Assembly: GCA_951406725.2 (NCBI GenBank)
Contig: OX597822.1
Location: forward strand, 42,594,001-42,658,000
DNA length: 64,000 nucleotides
Source: Octopus vulgaris
Taxonomy: Eukaryota
Reading direction: 5' to 3'
In this document: positions 63,695 to 64,000 of the stretch, one piece after another
Numbering within the stretch: position 1 is the first letter of the stretch
How the letters are laid out: every line of letters begins with the position of its first letter
The notes under the pieces: generated by a model
Database searches by the model: none
What the model was told of the DNA's origin: nothing
Seen by the model: only the letters and a program-made list of their open reading frames with translations
Program-made: the position numbers and the translations under genes

Positions 63695-64000
63695 CTGCAG
63701 GGTCTGTTTGGGCTACAGTACTGCTTGCAGAGGCCGTTTGGGCAACAGTACTGCCTGCAGGGGCTGTTTGGGTGACAGTACTGCCTGCAGGGTCTGTTTG
63801 GGTGACAGTACTGCTTGCAGAGGCCGTTTGGCAACAGTACTGCCTGCAGGGGCTGTTTGGGTGACAGTACTGCCTGCAGGGTCTGTTTGGGCGACAGTAC
63901 TGCCTGCAGGGTCTGTTTGGGCGACAGTACTGCCTGCAGGGTCTGTTTGGGTGACAGTACTGCCTGCAGGGTCCGTTTCGGCGACAGTACAGCCTGCAGG
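63695..64000. repeat. 30-bp GC-rich minisatellite (TGCAGGGTCTGTTTGGGTGACAGTACTGCC)n running off the window
   Basis: About 10 units, one of 29 bp; degenerate copies upstream from ~63575. Confidence 0.92.

Noticed and set aside
63565-64000. Cys-rich decapeptide ORF (CRQYCHPNRP)n resembling a metallothionein or keratin-associated protein
   Set aside because: It is a 30-bp minisatellite. One 29-bp unit breaks the frame and no splice signals link it to the gene.

Overview
AT-rich, microsatellite- and SINE-dense animal genomic DNA. The SINE families and (TA)n/(CA)n/(AAT)n content look like an octopus (coleoid cephalopod); this is an inference. The only well-supported gene is an internal part of an ankyrin-repeat PP6 regulatory subunit (ANKRD28/44/52 family) on the minus strand. 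I traced 11 GT-AG exons by hand (63287 down to 1889, 1143 nt, 381 aa, phases consistent); both ends of the gene lie outside the window. One intron (9450-54184, ~44.7 kb) is more than 10x longer than any other. It contains an in-frame 93-nt candidate cassette exon whose 3' end also reads as a recursive-splicing AG|GT site. The introns hold Tc1/mariner/pogo relics, RTE and CR1 LINE fragments, MITEs, tRNA-derived SINEs and minisatellites. The most unusual signal is about 14 minimal type-I hammerhead-ribozyme motifs of the Penelope-like-element kind, many inside long fold-back repeats. One copy (56189-56295, antisense to the gene) has a fully intact catalytic core, while every copy I found in the pre-mRNA orientation has a core substitution. 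Most ORF-track entries are microsatellite or repeat artefacts.
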